A model generated the notes under the pieces. It did no database searches. It was not told the DNA's origin and was given only the letters and a program-made list of their open reading frames with translations. This document shows positions 51,462 to 61,612 of a stretch of 64,000 nt of DNA, one piece after another. Numbering within the stretch: the first letter of the stretch is position 1; each line of letters opens with the position of its first letter. The stretch covers positions 1 to 64,000 of the forward strand of contig CAIKKP010000060.1 in assembly GCA_903828055.1 (NCBI GenBank). Direction: 5' to 3'. A program made the position numbers and the translations under genes. This DNA is from an uncultured bacterium (GTDB lineage: Bacteria; Patescibacteriota; Andersenbacteria; UBA10190; CAIZMI01).

Positions 51462-53219
51462 ATGTCAAACGAAACTCCAATCGAACCAATTCGCCACTCT
51501 TTATCTCATTTAATGAGTATGGCAATAACCGAGCTTTACCCCACAGCCGGATTGGGTGTTGGTCCAGTGATCGAAAACGGTTTTTACCAAGATTACGATC
51601 TACCCGAAACAATCAATCAAGATCTATTCCTAAAGTTAGAAAAAAGAATGCGGGAGATGATTGCCGAAGAAATCGAATTTAAGCAACACAACGTCGAGTT
51701 CGATGAAGCACTAAAAGCCTACAAAAATGATCCGTACAAGACAGAACTAATCGAAGGATTAAGAACGAAAGGTGAAAAAAATGTTAGTTTCTATCTCTCT
51801 GGCTCGTTCGATAATCTTTGTGGTGGCCCGCACGTAAAAAATACTAAAGAAATTAATCCCGACGCTTTCAAACTGATTAAGGTTGCCGGTGCGTACTGGC
51901 GTGGAGATGAAAAGAATAAAATGTTGACCCGTATTTACGGTGTGGCTTTCGCAACAAAAGAAGAATTGGAAGCTTACATAACAATGCTCGTAGAAGCAGA
52001 AAAACGTGACCACAAAAAGCTCGGTCGTGAACTGGACCTGTTTGTTTTTTCCGACTTGGTTGGCAGTGGTCTTCCCCTCTGGACACCAAACGGCATGATG
52101 CTTCGCACATTACTCGACAATTTTGTGTGGGAACTGCGTGACGCACGCGGTTACGAAAAAGTGGAAATTCCCCACATCACCAAGAAGGAACTATACGAAG
52201 TCAGTGGTCATTGGGACAAATTTAAAGATGAACTATTCCGCATCACCACGCGCGAGGGCCATGAATTCGCAATGAAACCAATGAACTGCCCACACCATAC
52301 GCAAATCTACGCCCGTAAAGCGTGGAGCTATCGTGAACTGCCACAACGCTACGCCAATTCCACGATGTGCTACCGCGACGAACAATCCGGCGAACTTTCA
52401 GGACTTTCGCGTGCCCGCAGTTTTACACAAGATGATGCGCACGTTTTCTGTCGCCCAACCCAAGCAAAAGAAGAATTTCTCAAAATTTGGGATATCGTAC
52501 ATGAATTCTATGGAGTTTTCGGATTTAACTTAAAAGTAAGACTCTCTATTCACGACCCAAAACAACCTGAAAAATATCTTGGCGATGCCAAGCGCTGGGA
52601 GTACGCCGAAACTGTTTTGCGTGAGATTGTTACCGAGAAAAACGTTGACTGGTTTGAAGGTTTGGGCGAAGCCGCTTTCTATGGACCCAAATTAGACTTT
52701 ATGGCCCAAGATTCTCTTGGACGTCAGTGGCAAGTGGCAACAATCCAGCTTGATCTCAACATGCCGGAACGCTTTAATCTTTTTTGTCACAATGAAGAAG
52801 GCAAAGAAGAACGCATCGTCATGATTCACGCCGCAATTATGGGTTCCATTGAACGATTTCTCTCAATTTTAATCGAACATATGGCTGGCCACTTCCCGCT
52901 ATGGCTCGCCCCGGTACAAGTTTCCGTTCTCCCAATCGGTGAAGCACAACTGGATTATGCCAAACAAGTTGCCGTTGAATTAAAGAAAGTCGGCATTCGC
53001 GCTCAAGTCGATGAACGCAACGAAAAGATTGGCAAAAAAATTCGCGACAACGAAATAAAGAAAATTCCAGTCATTGCTGTTGTTGGTGATCGCGAAATGC
53101 AAGCCAAAACCATTGCCTTGCGCATGCACGGCAAAAAAGACGGTGGAGTGTTGACGATAGACCAGACTATTGAACTACTCAAAAAAGCTATTGACGAAAA
53201 AAAGATTTCTTTCGAATAA
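51462..53219 (+). CDS. thrS: threonyl-tRNA synthetase (lacking the N-terminal TGS domain)
   Basis: Class II aaRS motifs and the ThrRS zinc-site region (MNCPHH). Confidence 0.9.
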   Translation: MSNETPIEPIRHSLSHLMSMAITELYPTAGLGVGPVIENGFYQDYDLPETINQDLFLKLEKRMREMIAEEIEFKQHNVEFDEALKAYKNDPYKTELIEGLRTKGEKNVSFYLSGSFDNLCGGPHVKNTKEINPDAFKLIKVAGAYWRGDEKNKMLTRIYGVAFATKEELEAYITMLVEAEKRDHKKLGRELDLFVFSDLVGSGLPLWTPNGMMLRTLLDNFVWELRDARGYEKVEIPHITKKELYEVSGHWDKFKDELFRITTREGHEFAMKPMNCPHHTQIYARKAWSYRELPQRYANSTMCYRDEQSGELSGLSRARSFTQDDAHVFCRPTQAKEEFLKIWDIVHEFYGVFGFNLKVRLSIHDPKQPEKYLGDAKRWEYAETVLREIVTEKNVDWFEGLGEAAFYGPKLDFMAQDSLGRQWQVATIQLDLNMPERFNLFCHNEEGKEERIVMIHAAIMGSIERFLSILIEHMAGHFPLWLAPVQVSVLPIGEAQLDYAKQVAVELKKVGIRAQVDERNEKIGKKIRDNEIKKIPVIAVVGDREMQAKTIALRMHGKKDGGVLTIDQTIELLKKAIDEKKISFE

Positions 53220-53289
53220 ATAACCTTTTTGTATGCTGTATGTTGTATCGCGTCACGAATACAGCATACTAAATACCGCATACAACATA

Positions 53290-53850
53290 CTATTTCGGTG
53301 TCGCGCTCGGCAAAACACTCGACAAAGCATCTAGCGCTTTCTTGGTGTTATTCACCGCATTTGTCACATCTTCGGTGCGACGTTGTGTTTTATCAAAAAC
53401 ATTCCGAAGTTGTTCCAAAGCAGTCCGCGCTTGTTGTAAAACGTATTGAGCATTTTCCGGGATATCCTGCAGTTTACTGCCGAATCCTTGTTTGGATAAA
53501 ATTGTTTCGGTGCTTTTAATCCCCTTATCAACATTATCCAAGGCCAAATTAACCTTGTCATTTCCAAGTTTGTCGCGAGCAGAATTTTCTAACACATTCA
53601 ACCCCACATAGGCGTCACTTAATATCTTACCGGCAAAATTATCCGTCGATAACGGAACATTCTTTTTTGTCCAATTGCTGATTCCCTGCACCTTATTTAA
53701 CGCATCCGGTGCACAAATACCGGTTGTCAATTTCCATCGCTCACAAAAAATTGGACTATTCGTCACAATCATAGGCAATCCCCAGATCAACATGACCCAG
53801 ACTAACAAAAACAGGACCACCAATGAAATAATCAGACGAATTAGCTTCAT
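53290..53850 (-). CDS. membrane-anchored hypothetical protein
   Basis: N-terminal TM segment (LIRLIISLVVLFLLVWVMLIWGL). Confidence 0.4.
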   Translation of the reverse strand: MKLIRLIISLVVLFLLVWVMLIWGLPMIVTNSPIFCERWKLTTGICAPDALNKVQGISNWTKKNVPLSTDNFAGKILSDAYVGLNVLENSARDKLGNDKVNLALDNVDKGIKSTETILSKQGFGSKLQDIPENAQYVLQQARTALEQLRNVFDKTQRRTEDVTNAVNNTKKALDALSSVLPSATPK

Positions 53851-53957
53851 ATTGCTTATTCTATCACATCGATTACTTTATATAGATACGAACGAGGTAT
53901 TCCCTCCTTTTTTCAAAGGAGGGCGAGAGTGGATTCTGCATATTGTACTCAACCAAA

Positions 53958-53990
53958 CTAATCCCTCCCCGCCTCCCTTTGAATAAAGGG
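53958..53990. repeat. CCCTCCCCGCCTCCCTTTGAATAAAGGGAGG hairpin element (family copy 2), 24 nt upstream of miaA
   Basis: 30/31 identical to 3328..3358. Confidence 0.7.
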
Positions 53991-54013
53991 AGGATACGAT
54001 ACGAATCATCTGC

Positions 54014-55018
54014 ATGAATACATATCAACCAGCCCCAAAACCACTCCTAACAATCATGGGCCCAACCGCATCAGGCAAGACCCAATTGTCTTTAGTGTTG
54101 GCCGAGCAATTCCAGGGAGAAATTATTTCTGCCGACTCGCGTCAGGTTTATTTTGGCATGAATATTGGCACGGACAAAATTGTTTCACGGGGAAAAATTG
54201 CCAGTTCGCCACTTGAACCGATTGAATACAATTCAATGCCCCACTACCTTATCGATACAATTACACCAAACCAACCATATTCGGCAGCGGATTTTGTAAA
54301 CGATGCAACAAAAGTGATCGCGAAAATTCATGAGAACAACCACCTACCGATTGTAATCGGTGGAACGGGTTTTTATATTCGCGCACTTACCGAGAAGAAG
54401 AACTTTGCATCAGTACCGCCGGATTTTGTTTTTAGAGAATGGGCAAACAAACAACCAGTGGAAAATCTGGCGAATGATTTACTTCAAAAAGATCCGATAT
54501 TGGCCGAGCGTATTGATTTAAAAAATCCAAGACGAGTAATTCGAGCTTTAGAGATAGCAAACTATGCGTCGTCTTTGCGAGGCCGCCCGCAGGCGAGCCG
54601 AAGCAATCTCCCGAGTTCCGCGTCCGCTGGGGCAATTCATGAATTTCCCCTACACGAGACCGCATTACCACCAACGCCTGATTTTAATATTCTCAAAATC
54701 GCCATCCATCGCCAACCCGAAAATTTGCGCGACCTCATCACTCAGCGCGTCGACAAACAACTCGAATTAGGACTCGTAGAAGAAATAAGAACCCTGATAA
54801 AACAATACGGCGAGCAGGCGCCGGGCCTTCAAGCAATCGCCTACCGCGAACTTTTTCCATTTCTGCGTGGCGAAGAATCGTTGGAAGCAGGAAGACAAAA
54901 AGTTATCAATGCCAACTGGCAATACTCAAGACGACAATTAACTTGGCTCAAGAAAGAACCCAACATTGTCTGGATTGAAAATGAAGAAGAAGCGATTGAA
55001 TTGGTAAAATCTTGGTAA
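54014..55018 (+). CDS. miaA: tRNA dimethylallyltransferase
   Basis: P-loop IMGPTASGKTQLSL and DSRQVY motif. Contains an insertion of about 20-35 aa derived from the multi-hairpin repeat family. Confidence 0.88.
   Translation: MNTYQPAPKPLLTIMGPTASGKTQLSLVLAEQFQGEIISADSRQVYFGMNIGTDKIVSRGKIASSPLEPIEYNSMPHYLIDTITPNQPYSAADFVNDATKVIAKIHENNHLPIVIGGTGFYIRALTEKKNFASVPPDFVFREWANKQPVENLANDLLQKDPILAERIDLKNPRRVIRALEIANYASSLRGRPQASRSNLPSSASAGAIHEFPLHETALPPTPDFNILKIAIHRQPENLRDLITQRVDKQLELGLVEEIRTLIKQYGEQAPGLQAIAYRELFPFLRGEESLEAGRQKVINANWQYSRRQLTWLKKEPNIVWIENEEEAIELVKSW
54565..54660. repeat. repeat-family segment (copy D) embedded in frame inside miaA
   Basis: CGTCGTCTTTGCGAG...GCGAGCCGAAGCAATCTCCCG... matches the ends of elements A, B and C. 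It encodes the SSLRGRPQASRSNLPSSASAGAIHEF insert. Confidence 0.55.
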
Positions 55019-55234
55019 TAGACCAGGGTCCGACCATGGTCAGAATAAAAACAACCGCATAAAGGACGTATAAGTTTTTCGCACTCACGTCCCACGCGGT
55101 TATTTCGCGATTACTTAAAGGATCATCTCTAAAATTGCATGCATCCTTCCTTCGCTAAAGCTATGGGGGATTGTTTTCGCGTACTCGCGAAAATAAAAAA
55201 ACCACCAGTGCGTCTGGCGGTTACAACTAATACC

Positions 55235-56053
55235 TCATGCGGGAACCGACGACGTTCTCCTGAGCCTGGCGAAGTTTTCCCAAGCCTCATCACGTTTCAA
55301 TTTGACCAAAACCGCATCCGGCCCGCCCAAAGACAAGACCTTGGTCCATTCTGCAGTTTCTTGAATAGCGCATTCTTCTGCCACACGAATATCGCCCAAT
55401 TTCTCAAAAATCCCCGATTTCGTGCGGTACAGATTGGCTAGGTGATGGCTACCCTTCCCATCACAATCAATTTTGTACCTACTCATCGCCACCTCCAGAA
55501 GTCCCAATGCCATAGCGACATTTTCAAGACCCAGCGGGTCACCGATGTAAACCTGCGCCGCGTCACGGAACAAATTGGCGACCTCCACCCCTTCCTGCCC
55601 AATGATAGCCTGAAGGGTATTCAACATCGGATCATAGTTTCTCCAAAAATGGTAATTTTGATCACCCGCAAAATCGACAAACGCGCGCGCAACTGCCAAC
55701 CGGTCAATGATTCTTCCCGATTCATTACTACATAACACCCTACCGGACAATTCATACCGATAATCCGCCAGTAGGTACAACTTACACAACAATGCCCACT
55801 GGTCTTCACCCGCCGCTACGGCGTTTTTCATCGCTTCGGTAAAACGACCGAGTCGATAATGACACCAGGCTGCCCAACCAAGCGCTTCACTTATTGGATT
55901 TTGACCACCGGCCATCAGCACTTCCAACTGTGACAAAGCGCCGGCATAATCTTTTTCGTTAAAAAGCCGTTCGATTTCGGCAAATTTGTTCTCGTCCGAC
56001 ATGATTATTCTCCCGTGAAAATGAACACGTTTCGACCGTAAACATCCAAACAA
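55235..56053 (-). CDS. TPR-like hypothetical protein, paralog 1
   Basis: About 40% identical to 56260..57021. Both start MSDENK(F/Y)A. Confidence 0.5.
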   Translation of the reverse strand: MFGCLRSKRVHFHGRIIMSDENKFAEIERLFNEKDYAGALSQLEVLMAGGQNPISEALGWAAWCHYRLGRFTEAMKNAVAAGEDQWALLCKLYLLADYRYELSGRVLCSNESGRIIDRLAVARAFVDFAGDQNYHFWRNYDPMLNTLQAIIGQEGVEVANLFRDAAQVYIGDPLGLENVAMALGLLEVAMSRYKIDCDGKGSHHLANLYRTKSGIFEKLGDIRVAEECAIQETAEWTKVLSLGGPDAVLVKLKRDEAWENFARLRRTSSVPA

Positions 56054-56168
56054 CCGTCATATTTAAATATCACGGATACGGATTTTTGGCAAGAGAGAGA
56101 CGTGATTATGATATACGATTTATGATTTATGAAGGACGAATGTTTCGCGCCGTCGATTCATCAATCAT
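56051..56168. promoter_or_regulatory. 118-nt conserved promoter block, copy a (117/118 identical to 57071..57188)
   Basis: On the minus strand it contains TTGCCA, a 17-nt spacer and TATTTAAAT, plus GATTTATGATTTATGA direct repeats. Confidence 0.6.
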
Positions 56169-56195
56169 CATTCATTATTCGTCATTCATATAAAA

Positions 56196-56228
56196 AACCA
56201 CCAGCGTTGGTTGCTGATGGTGACTAAA
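56196..56228 (-). terminator. rho-independent terminator of paralog 2
   Basis: Minus-strand hairpin CACCATCAGC-AACCAAC-GCTGGTGG followed by TTTTTT. Confidence 0.6.
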
Positions 56229-56259
56229 TGTCGATCTTGTGGACAGAGCGATACCGCCC

Positions 56260-57021
56260 TCACTTAGTTGCTTGCTGTACGAGTCGTTCGAGCCGTAAAG
56301 CGTGTCCAATGACACCTACACGACAATCCCTATATCCCTCATTTTGCGGATCATGCTGAATTGCTATCAACCACAACTTAGCTGATTTATTTGCAACTTG
56401 GTAAGCCGAAGGAACGTCACCGACGACTTCCATCACCTTACTCTTCCAAAACAGCGCTTCGGCCCGGTGGTGCGCGTTTTCGTCTGCGATGCCGTACTTC
56501 ATGATTGCGATTTCAAGTAGCCCAAGAGCAATAAAGAAATCGGCACTTGTAGTTGCATTATCCGCACATACCCGCGAGGCATCACGGAACAGGTGGCCAA
56601 CTTCGACCCCCTCATCCGGAGCTAACACAGAAACGTGAGCCAACATCGTGTTGTTATCTCGCCAGAAGACATTGTTCGGATCACGTGCAAAATCAATGAA
56701 AGCTCGTGCAATCACAACAAAATCACTAATCCTTGCCAGAGTCTCATGTACTTCCGTTTTGCTGACACTTTCATACCGGCAATCCGCTAACACATATGCT
56801 TTGCAAAGCAACGCTCTTTGGTTATTATCAGTGACACGATGCAGCACTTCGACTGCCTCTGCCAGATTTCCTAACCGAAAGTTACACCAACCAGCCCAAG
56901 CAAAATCCTCGTTGGCAAAACCGTCAACAGTCGCATAGGTCTCCAACTGACGTAAAGCCAAAATGTAGTTGCCTTTGTCGTAAAGATTCTTTACGATAGC
57001 ATACTTGTTCTCGTCCGACAT
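56260..57021 (-). CDS. TPR-like hypothetical protein, paralog 2
   Basis: See 55235..56053. Confidence 0.5.
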   Translation of the reverse strand: MSDENKYAIVKNLYDKGNYILALRQLETYATVDGFANEDFAWAGWCNFRLGNLAEAVEVLHRVTDNNQRALLCKAYVLADCRYESVSKTEVHETLARISDFVVIARAFIDFARDPNNVFWRDNNTMLAHVSVLAPDEGVEVGHLFRDASRVCADNATTSADFFIALGLLEIAIMKYGIADENAHHRAEALFWKSKVMEVVGDVPSAYQVANKSAKLWLIAIQHDPQNEGYRDCRVGVIGHALRLERLVQQATK

Positions 57022-57070
57022 GACCTATCTCCCATGAAAAAGGACTCGTTTCAAACACAGTGCCCAATAA

Positions 57071-57188
57071 CAACCGTCATATTTAAATATCACGGATACG
57101 GATTTTTGGCAAGAGAGAGACGTGATTATGATATACGATTTATGATTTATGAAGGACGAACGTTTCGCGCCGTCGATTCATCAATCAT
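57071..57188. promoter_or_regulatory. 118-nt conserved promoter block, copy b
   Basis: Near-identical to 56051..56168. Abuts the gatB stop codon. Confidence 0.6.
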
Positions 57189-58665
57189 TAATCGTCAATC
57201 CTAATTCAACGCGAATCATTTCCTGTACTTTTTGGGGATTGGCGCGACCTTTTGTTTCTGCCATCACTTTACCCATCAAAAATTGAACTACTTGCACCTT
57301 ACCGGCACGGGCCTTATCCACTTCCGCAGGATTAGCGTTCAACATGTCTTGAACTATCCGGCGCAATTGATCATCATCGCTCACTTGCCCCAAACCTTTA
57401 TCGGCAACAATATTCGATGGGTCACCGCCTGTTTTTTGCATAATGCGAAAAACTTCCGGCATAGCATTACGATTCACTTCCGCGCGATGCAACATCACAA
57501 TCAATTCCGCAAAATTTTCCGGACTTATTTTTGTATGACTAAAATCAGTTTTTTCTTCAGCAAGAATGTTTCGAAAATCACCCAATAAATAGTTCGCGGC
57601 TAACTTGTACAAACGGACACTGTCTCGTTTTTCTACATCTGAACGCTGTTCATTCCATGCCAAAATTTCTGAAAAAACATTTTCAGTATATGAGGCCAAC
57701 ATTCTGTCTTCCACCATTATTCTAACTTGCTCATCTGGGAGTTGGAACTGACTGATAAAACGCGCTTCTTTTTCATGCGGTAATTCGGGTAATGCTTCAC
57801 GCATTCGTTGAATTAATTCTTCGTCTATTTTTAGTGGCGGTATATCCGGTTCCGGAAAATATCGATAATCAGCTTCGTCTTCTTTCACGCGCTGTTCGAC
57901 TGTTTCTTGCGTCGCATCGTTCCAACCACGTGTGCTTTGTTTTGTTGGCGGATTTCCCTGTTGCCAAAGTTCGGTCTGACGCGCAATTTCATAAGTTAAC
58001 GCACGCTCCACCGCCTTAAAAGAATTAAGATTTTTACACTCCGTTTTGGGATTCAATTTCCCACCTATTTCGCGCATCGAAATATTCGCGTCAACACGAA
58101 GATCGCCATTTTCCATATCCGCATTAGATACACCAATATAACGAATGGTGCGTTGCAGGTCTTCCAAAAAGATTTTTGCTTCTTGCGGTGTTTTAATGTC
58201 CGGTTCAGTCACAATTTCTACCAACGGGGTCCCGGAGCGTGTGTAATCAACCAGTGTTCCACCGTCATGAATATTCTTCGCCGCATCTTCTTCCATGTGC
58301 GCACGTGTAATCCCAATTTCCTTTTCCTCATTGCTCACAAATACTTTTACTTTTCCTTCATAGCAAATTGGCTCGTCATATTGCGAAATCTGATAACCTT
58401 TTGGCAAATCGGGATAGAAGTAGCTTTTGCGGGAAAATGTCGTATGTGAGGCAATTTTGCAGTTTAAGGCCAGCCCCACCTTGATTGCCCACTCCACCGC
58501 TTTTCCATTGAGTACCGGAAGTTGTCCCGGAAAACCCATACAAATTGGGCAAACAAAACGATTCGCCTCCTCCGCTTCAGACACGTTCTTACACCCGCAG
58601 AACATTTTTGACTGGGTGTTGAGATGAACGTGGATTTCAAGGCCTATTACTGGTTCGAGATTCAT
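57181..58665 (-). CDS. gatB: Asp/Glu-tRNA(Asn/Gln) amidotransferase subunit B
   Basis: N-terminal PVIGLEIHVHLNTQSKMFCGC and a C-terminal GatB/YqeY domain. Confidence 0.92.
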   Translation of the reverse strand: MNLEPVIGLEIHVHLNTQSKMFCGCKNVSEAEEANRFVCPICMGFPGQLPVLNGKAVEWAIKVGLALNCKIASHTTFSRKSYFYPDLPKGYQISQYDEPICYEGKVKVFVSNEEKEIGITRAHMEEDAAKNIHDGGTLVDYTRSGTPLVEIVTEPDIKTPQEAKIFLEDLQRTIRYIGVSNADMENGDLRVDANISMREIGGKLNPKTECKNLNSFKAVERALTYEIARQTELWQQGNPPTKQSTRGWNDATQETVEQRVKEDEADYRYFPEPDIPPLKIDEELIQRMREALPELPHEKEARFISQFQLPDEQVRIMVEDRMLASYTENVFSEILAWNEQRSDVEKRDSVRLYKLAANYLLGDFRNILAEEKTDFSHTKISPENFAELIVMLHRAEVNRNAMPEVFRIMQKTGGDPSNIVADKGLGQVSDDDQLRRIVQDMLNANPAEVDKARAGKVQVVQFLMGKVMAETKGRANPQKVQEMIRVELGLTIND

Positions 58666-58721
58666 ATGGTCAGATTAAAAGAAAATGACAGGTTTGTCAC
58701 ATTGCCTCATGCCAGTCTTTT

Positions 58722-59441
58722 TCAAATAACCCAGGATACTTCCTTTTCTCTTTGCCCAACAAATTCCTGCCACTTTGGATGTTCAATCAATGCTTCCCTT
58801 ACCCTCTCATGCACTTCTTCCGGCGTTTGCAATCGCCCATCCATATCCGCGGGAATATGACGCCAAACTTCGGGGTAAAAATCCATCAATTCATAATAAC
58901 TTTGTTCCACACGATCCAAATATGCCGAGTTTCCTTCGTGCGCGTCCGGCTTACCGTTTTCGCGTTTCATCAGAAGCGCCGCCCGCATTTTACTGGGCAT
59001 TGTGTGCAACAAAACCACGTCCGGCCTTGGTAATCCCATCATTTCAAATTCCAAATGATCAATCCAAGCATAGCGTTGCAACCTTTCGGTCAGGTCTTCC
59101 GTAAGCGCCCCCATGTGGCCCTGATTACTAGAAACAAAACGATCACACACAACGACATTTCCTGGAATTTCTAGTGCTTCTCGCATCTCTGGCGCGAAGC
59201 GTAAACGATTCGATGAATACAAAACCGCTTTAGAACGCCAATCGCGCGTATTCCAATCATCCTTGGCCTCGTGCAACATAAAACGAATCAAGTCCGCCAC
59301 CGGATCTTGCTTGTAAGTAGGAAACGAAAATTTTACGAGATTATACCCTTCCCCTTCCAAATACTCGCAAAGTAAGCGTGTCTGCGTTTCTTTTCCCGAA
59401 CCATCGGGGCCTTCGTTGACTAGCAATAAACCTTTGTGCAT
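58722..59441 (-). CDS. tmk: thymidylate kinase with C-terminal extension
   Basis: P-loop NEGPDGSGKETQ and a DRF/DR-type lid motif. Confidence 0.75.
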   Translation of the reverse strand: MHKGLLLVNEGPDGSGKETQTRLLCEYLEGEGYNLVKFSFPTYKQDPVADLIRFMLHEAKDDWNTRDWRSKAVLYSSNRLRFAPEMREALEIPGNVVVCDRFVSSNQGHMGALTEDLTERLQRYAWIDHLEFEMMGLPRPDVVLLHTMPSKMRAALLMKRENGKPDAHEGNSAYLDRVEQSYYELMDFYPEVWRHIPADMDGRLQTPEEVHERVREALIEHPKWQEFVGQREKEVSWVI

Positions 59442-59587
59442 GGATTTATATTACTAAAAAACTTAACACGTGACCACCTCGGAGGTGGAGCGCGCTTGCT
59501 CCTCCTGCGAGGTGGTTTTGGTTCGTTCGTCGCTAACCAACACCACTTCCGAGGAAGCGCTGAAGCGCCACCTCGGAAGTGAAACAG

Positions 59588-59614
59588 GAGCACGGGGACG
59601 TGCTCCCCTACGAT
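59588..59614. repeat. GC hairpin direct repeat GGAGCACGGGGACGTGCTCCCCTACGA (copy 1)
   Basis: Identical 27-mer at 60373..60399. Together they bracket the 59706..60341 ORF. Confidence 0.75.
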
Positions 59615-59705
59615 GACGACCCTAGATAATTTGACTTAATTCACAATAACCATACAATGAGCAGTTCTTTAAGGTTCATTTAAAACCCAACACAAGGAAT
59701 ACCTG

Positions 59706-60341
59706 ATGAGCGAAGCCGCGGAACGAACAAATGTTGTTATCTTTATTGGAGATAGGCCACCCTTCGAAGATCGAATCGGATTTCTGCATAGTTCAGACAA
59801 AGATGGTTCAACTTGGGTCGAGTTTGAAAAAGCATCGGTAAGAGTTTCAACTCACGAAATTTCAAGACTCGATATGTGGGATTGGGACACTCGGGGATTA
59901 AGCCTGCCAGAATTCATGCAAAAGAAGCGCCCTTCTTTGATTGATGCAATGTTGAAACACGTCGTCACAGTCGAAGAACATCTTCGCGTAAATGATTCAT
60001 TTCTAAGTGCCTTCTTTGGAAAAGAAAACGCTCAGAAAATAAAGCCGGACTTAGGAGCGTTTACAATAGTTGTTCCTGGCGAAGTGTGCGCAAACCCGGA
60101 TGTCGGTGTCGTCGACACCGAAGACAATGGTTCAAATCTGTTTCGGGTTCGTTGTCGAACCAAAACGGTCACCGAACATGCTCACAGCCTGATTCCTCTT
60201 TCTGGAATTGAGCCAAGGGACGAAAACAGTGCTTTCCGAATCATCCAAGAGGTCTTGACCCAAAAACTACGCATCATGCGCGCACTGGCACTGACCTACG
60301 CTTCGTTGACTGGCACACAAGTCAACTTCGAGACCCGATAA
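59706..60341 (+). CDS. hypothetical protein (GC-rich)
   Basis: 211-aa ORF flanked by 27-nt direct repeats, with a terminator downstream. Confidence 0.4.
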   Translation: MSEAAERTNVVIFIGDRPPFEDRIGFLHSSDKDGSTWVEFEKASVRVSTHEISRLDMWDWDTRGLSLPEFMQKKRPSLIDAMLKHVVTVEEHLRVNDSFLSAFFGKENAQKIKPDLGAFTIVVPGEVCANPDVGVVDTEDNGSNLFRVRCRTKTVTEHAHSLIPLSGIEPRDENSAFRIIQEVLTQKLRIMRALALTYASLTGTQVNFETR

Positions 60342-60372
60342 CATGTGGGTCTTTTTTATTTCACGGAAACGC

Positions 60373-60399
60373 GGGAGCACGGGGACGTGCTCCCCTACG
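60373..60399. repeat. GC hairpin direct repeat (copy 2)
   Basis: See 59588..59614. Confidence 0.75.
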
Positions 60400-60402
60400 A
60401 AA

Positions 60403-60431
60403 CGAAAAACACCCGCTTGCGCGGGTGTTTT
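60403..60431. terminator. bidirectional rho-independent terminator between the 59706 ORF and rplA
   Basis: AAAAACACCCGC-TTGC-GCGGGTGTTTTT. The hairpin is flanked by an A-run and a T-run. Confidence 0.8.
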
Positions 60432-60448
60432 TAAAATTCAAGAAATTA

Positions 60449-61126
60449 TTATAATTGGACTTTTAATCCAACGCCCATAGTTGTAGTGAGAGTCCCTGAC
60501 AAAATGTATTCACCCTTCGCTGTTTGCGGGCGGGCTTGGCGGACGGCATCTACTACCGCGCGTGCGTTATCGGCAATTTTGTCCGCATCCCATGAAGCTT
60601 TGGCGACACCAACATGAATGTTGGCTGATTCGTCCATTTTGAAACTTACTTTACCAGCCTTCAATGACTTAACAAGTACAGCCGGATCGGGACCAATTGT
60701 GCTTGTTTTTGGGTTTGGCATAAGTCCACGAGGACCGAGTACTTTCGCAATCTTCGCGAGCTCTTTCATCATGTCCGGGGTTGTAACAGCAACGTCAGCG
60801 GCGAAAGATTTCTTAGCCGCGATTTCGTTTACCAATTCCACGCCACCAACAATATCAGCACCGGCTTCTTTGGCTTTTTCTTGCAAAACCGGGTTTTCTG
60901 TAAACACAGCCACTTTGATTGAACGTGGTGAACCGTGAGGCAAAGAAACCGTACCACGAACGGTTTGGTCGGACTGCTTTGCGTCCACACCAAGGTGCAT
61001 GTGAATTTCCACTGTTTCATCAAACTTTGCTTTAGCGTGTTCTTTTACAAACACGGCCGCTTCTTTAATGGAAACAGTTGTCGTCGGTTTTGTTTTTTCG
61101 ATTTCAGTTGTTCTCTTTCCAGTCAT
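60449..61126 (-). CDS. rplA: 50S ribosomal protein L1
   Basis: Typical L1 sequence, downstream of rplK. Confidence 0.93.
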   Translation of the reverse strand: MTGKRTTEIEKTKPTTTVSIKEAAVFVKEHAKAKFDETVEIHMHLGVDAKQSDQTVRGTVSLPHGSPRSIKVAVFTENPVLQEKAKEAGADIVGGVELVNEIAAKKSFAADVAVTTPDMMKELAKIAKVLGPRGLMPNPKTSTIGPDPAVLVKSLKAGKVSFKMDESANIHVGVAKASWDADKIADNARAVVDAVRQARPQTAKGEYILSGTLTTTMGVGLKVQL

Positions 61127-61142
61127 ATTAATAGTTCAAAAA

Positions 61143-61565
61143 TTATTTAACTAAAATTCCCATTGAACGCGCTGTACCTTCCACCATCTTCATTGCCTGA
61201 TCAACATCAAAAGCGTTCAAGTCTTCCATTTTTTGTTCAGCAATCGCACGAACCTGCTCTTTGGTTACCGAACCAACCTTGTTCTTGTTCGGTTCACCGG
61301 AACCTTTTTCAACCTTAGCGGCCTTTTTCAAAAGTTCCGCAGCGGGAGGGGTTTTTAAAACAAACGTAAATGAACGATCTTTGTAGATAGTAACGATTAC
61401 CGGAGTTACTTCCCCATTCTTTTCTTTGGTCTTTTCATTAAACTTAGCGCAAAAATCCTGAATATTAATACCATGAGGCCCGAGCGCGGTACCAACAGGA
61501 GGCGCAGGATTAGCACGACCACCGGCGATCTGAAGCTTAACGTTTGTTACTATTTCTTTAGCCAT
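61143..61565 (-). CDS. rplK: 50S ribosomal protein L11
   Basis: [29 protein letters not shown]. Confidence 0.95.
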   Translation of the reverse strand: MAKEIVTNVKLQIAGGRANPAPPVGTALGPHGINIQDFCAKFNEKTKEKNGEVTPVIVTIYKDRSFTFVLKTPPAAELLKKAAKVEKGSGEPNKNKVGSVTKEQVRAIAEQKMEDLNAFDVDQAMKMVEGTARSMGILVK

Positions 61566-61612
61566 ATAGATGAGTTAATTTAGAATATCGAGTGAAAATT
61601 GTCCAGTCCTTC

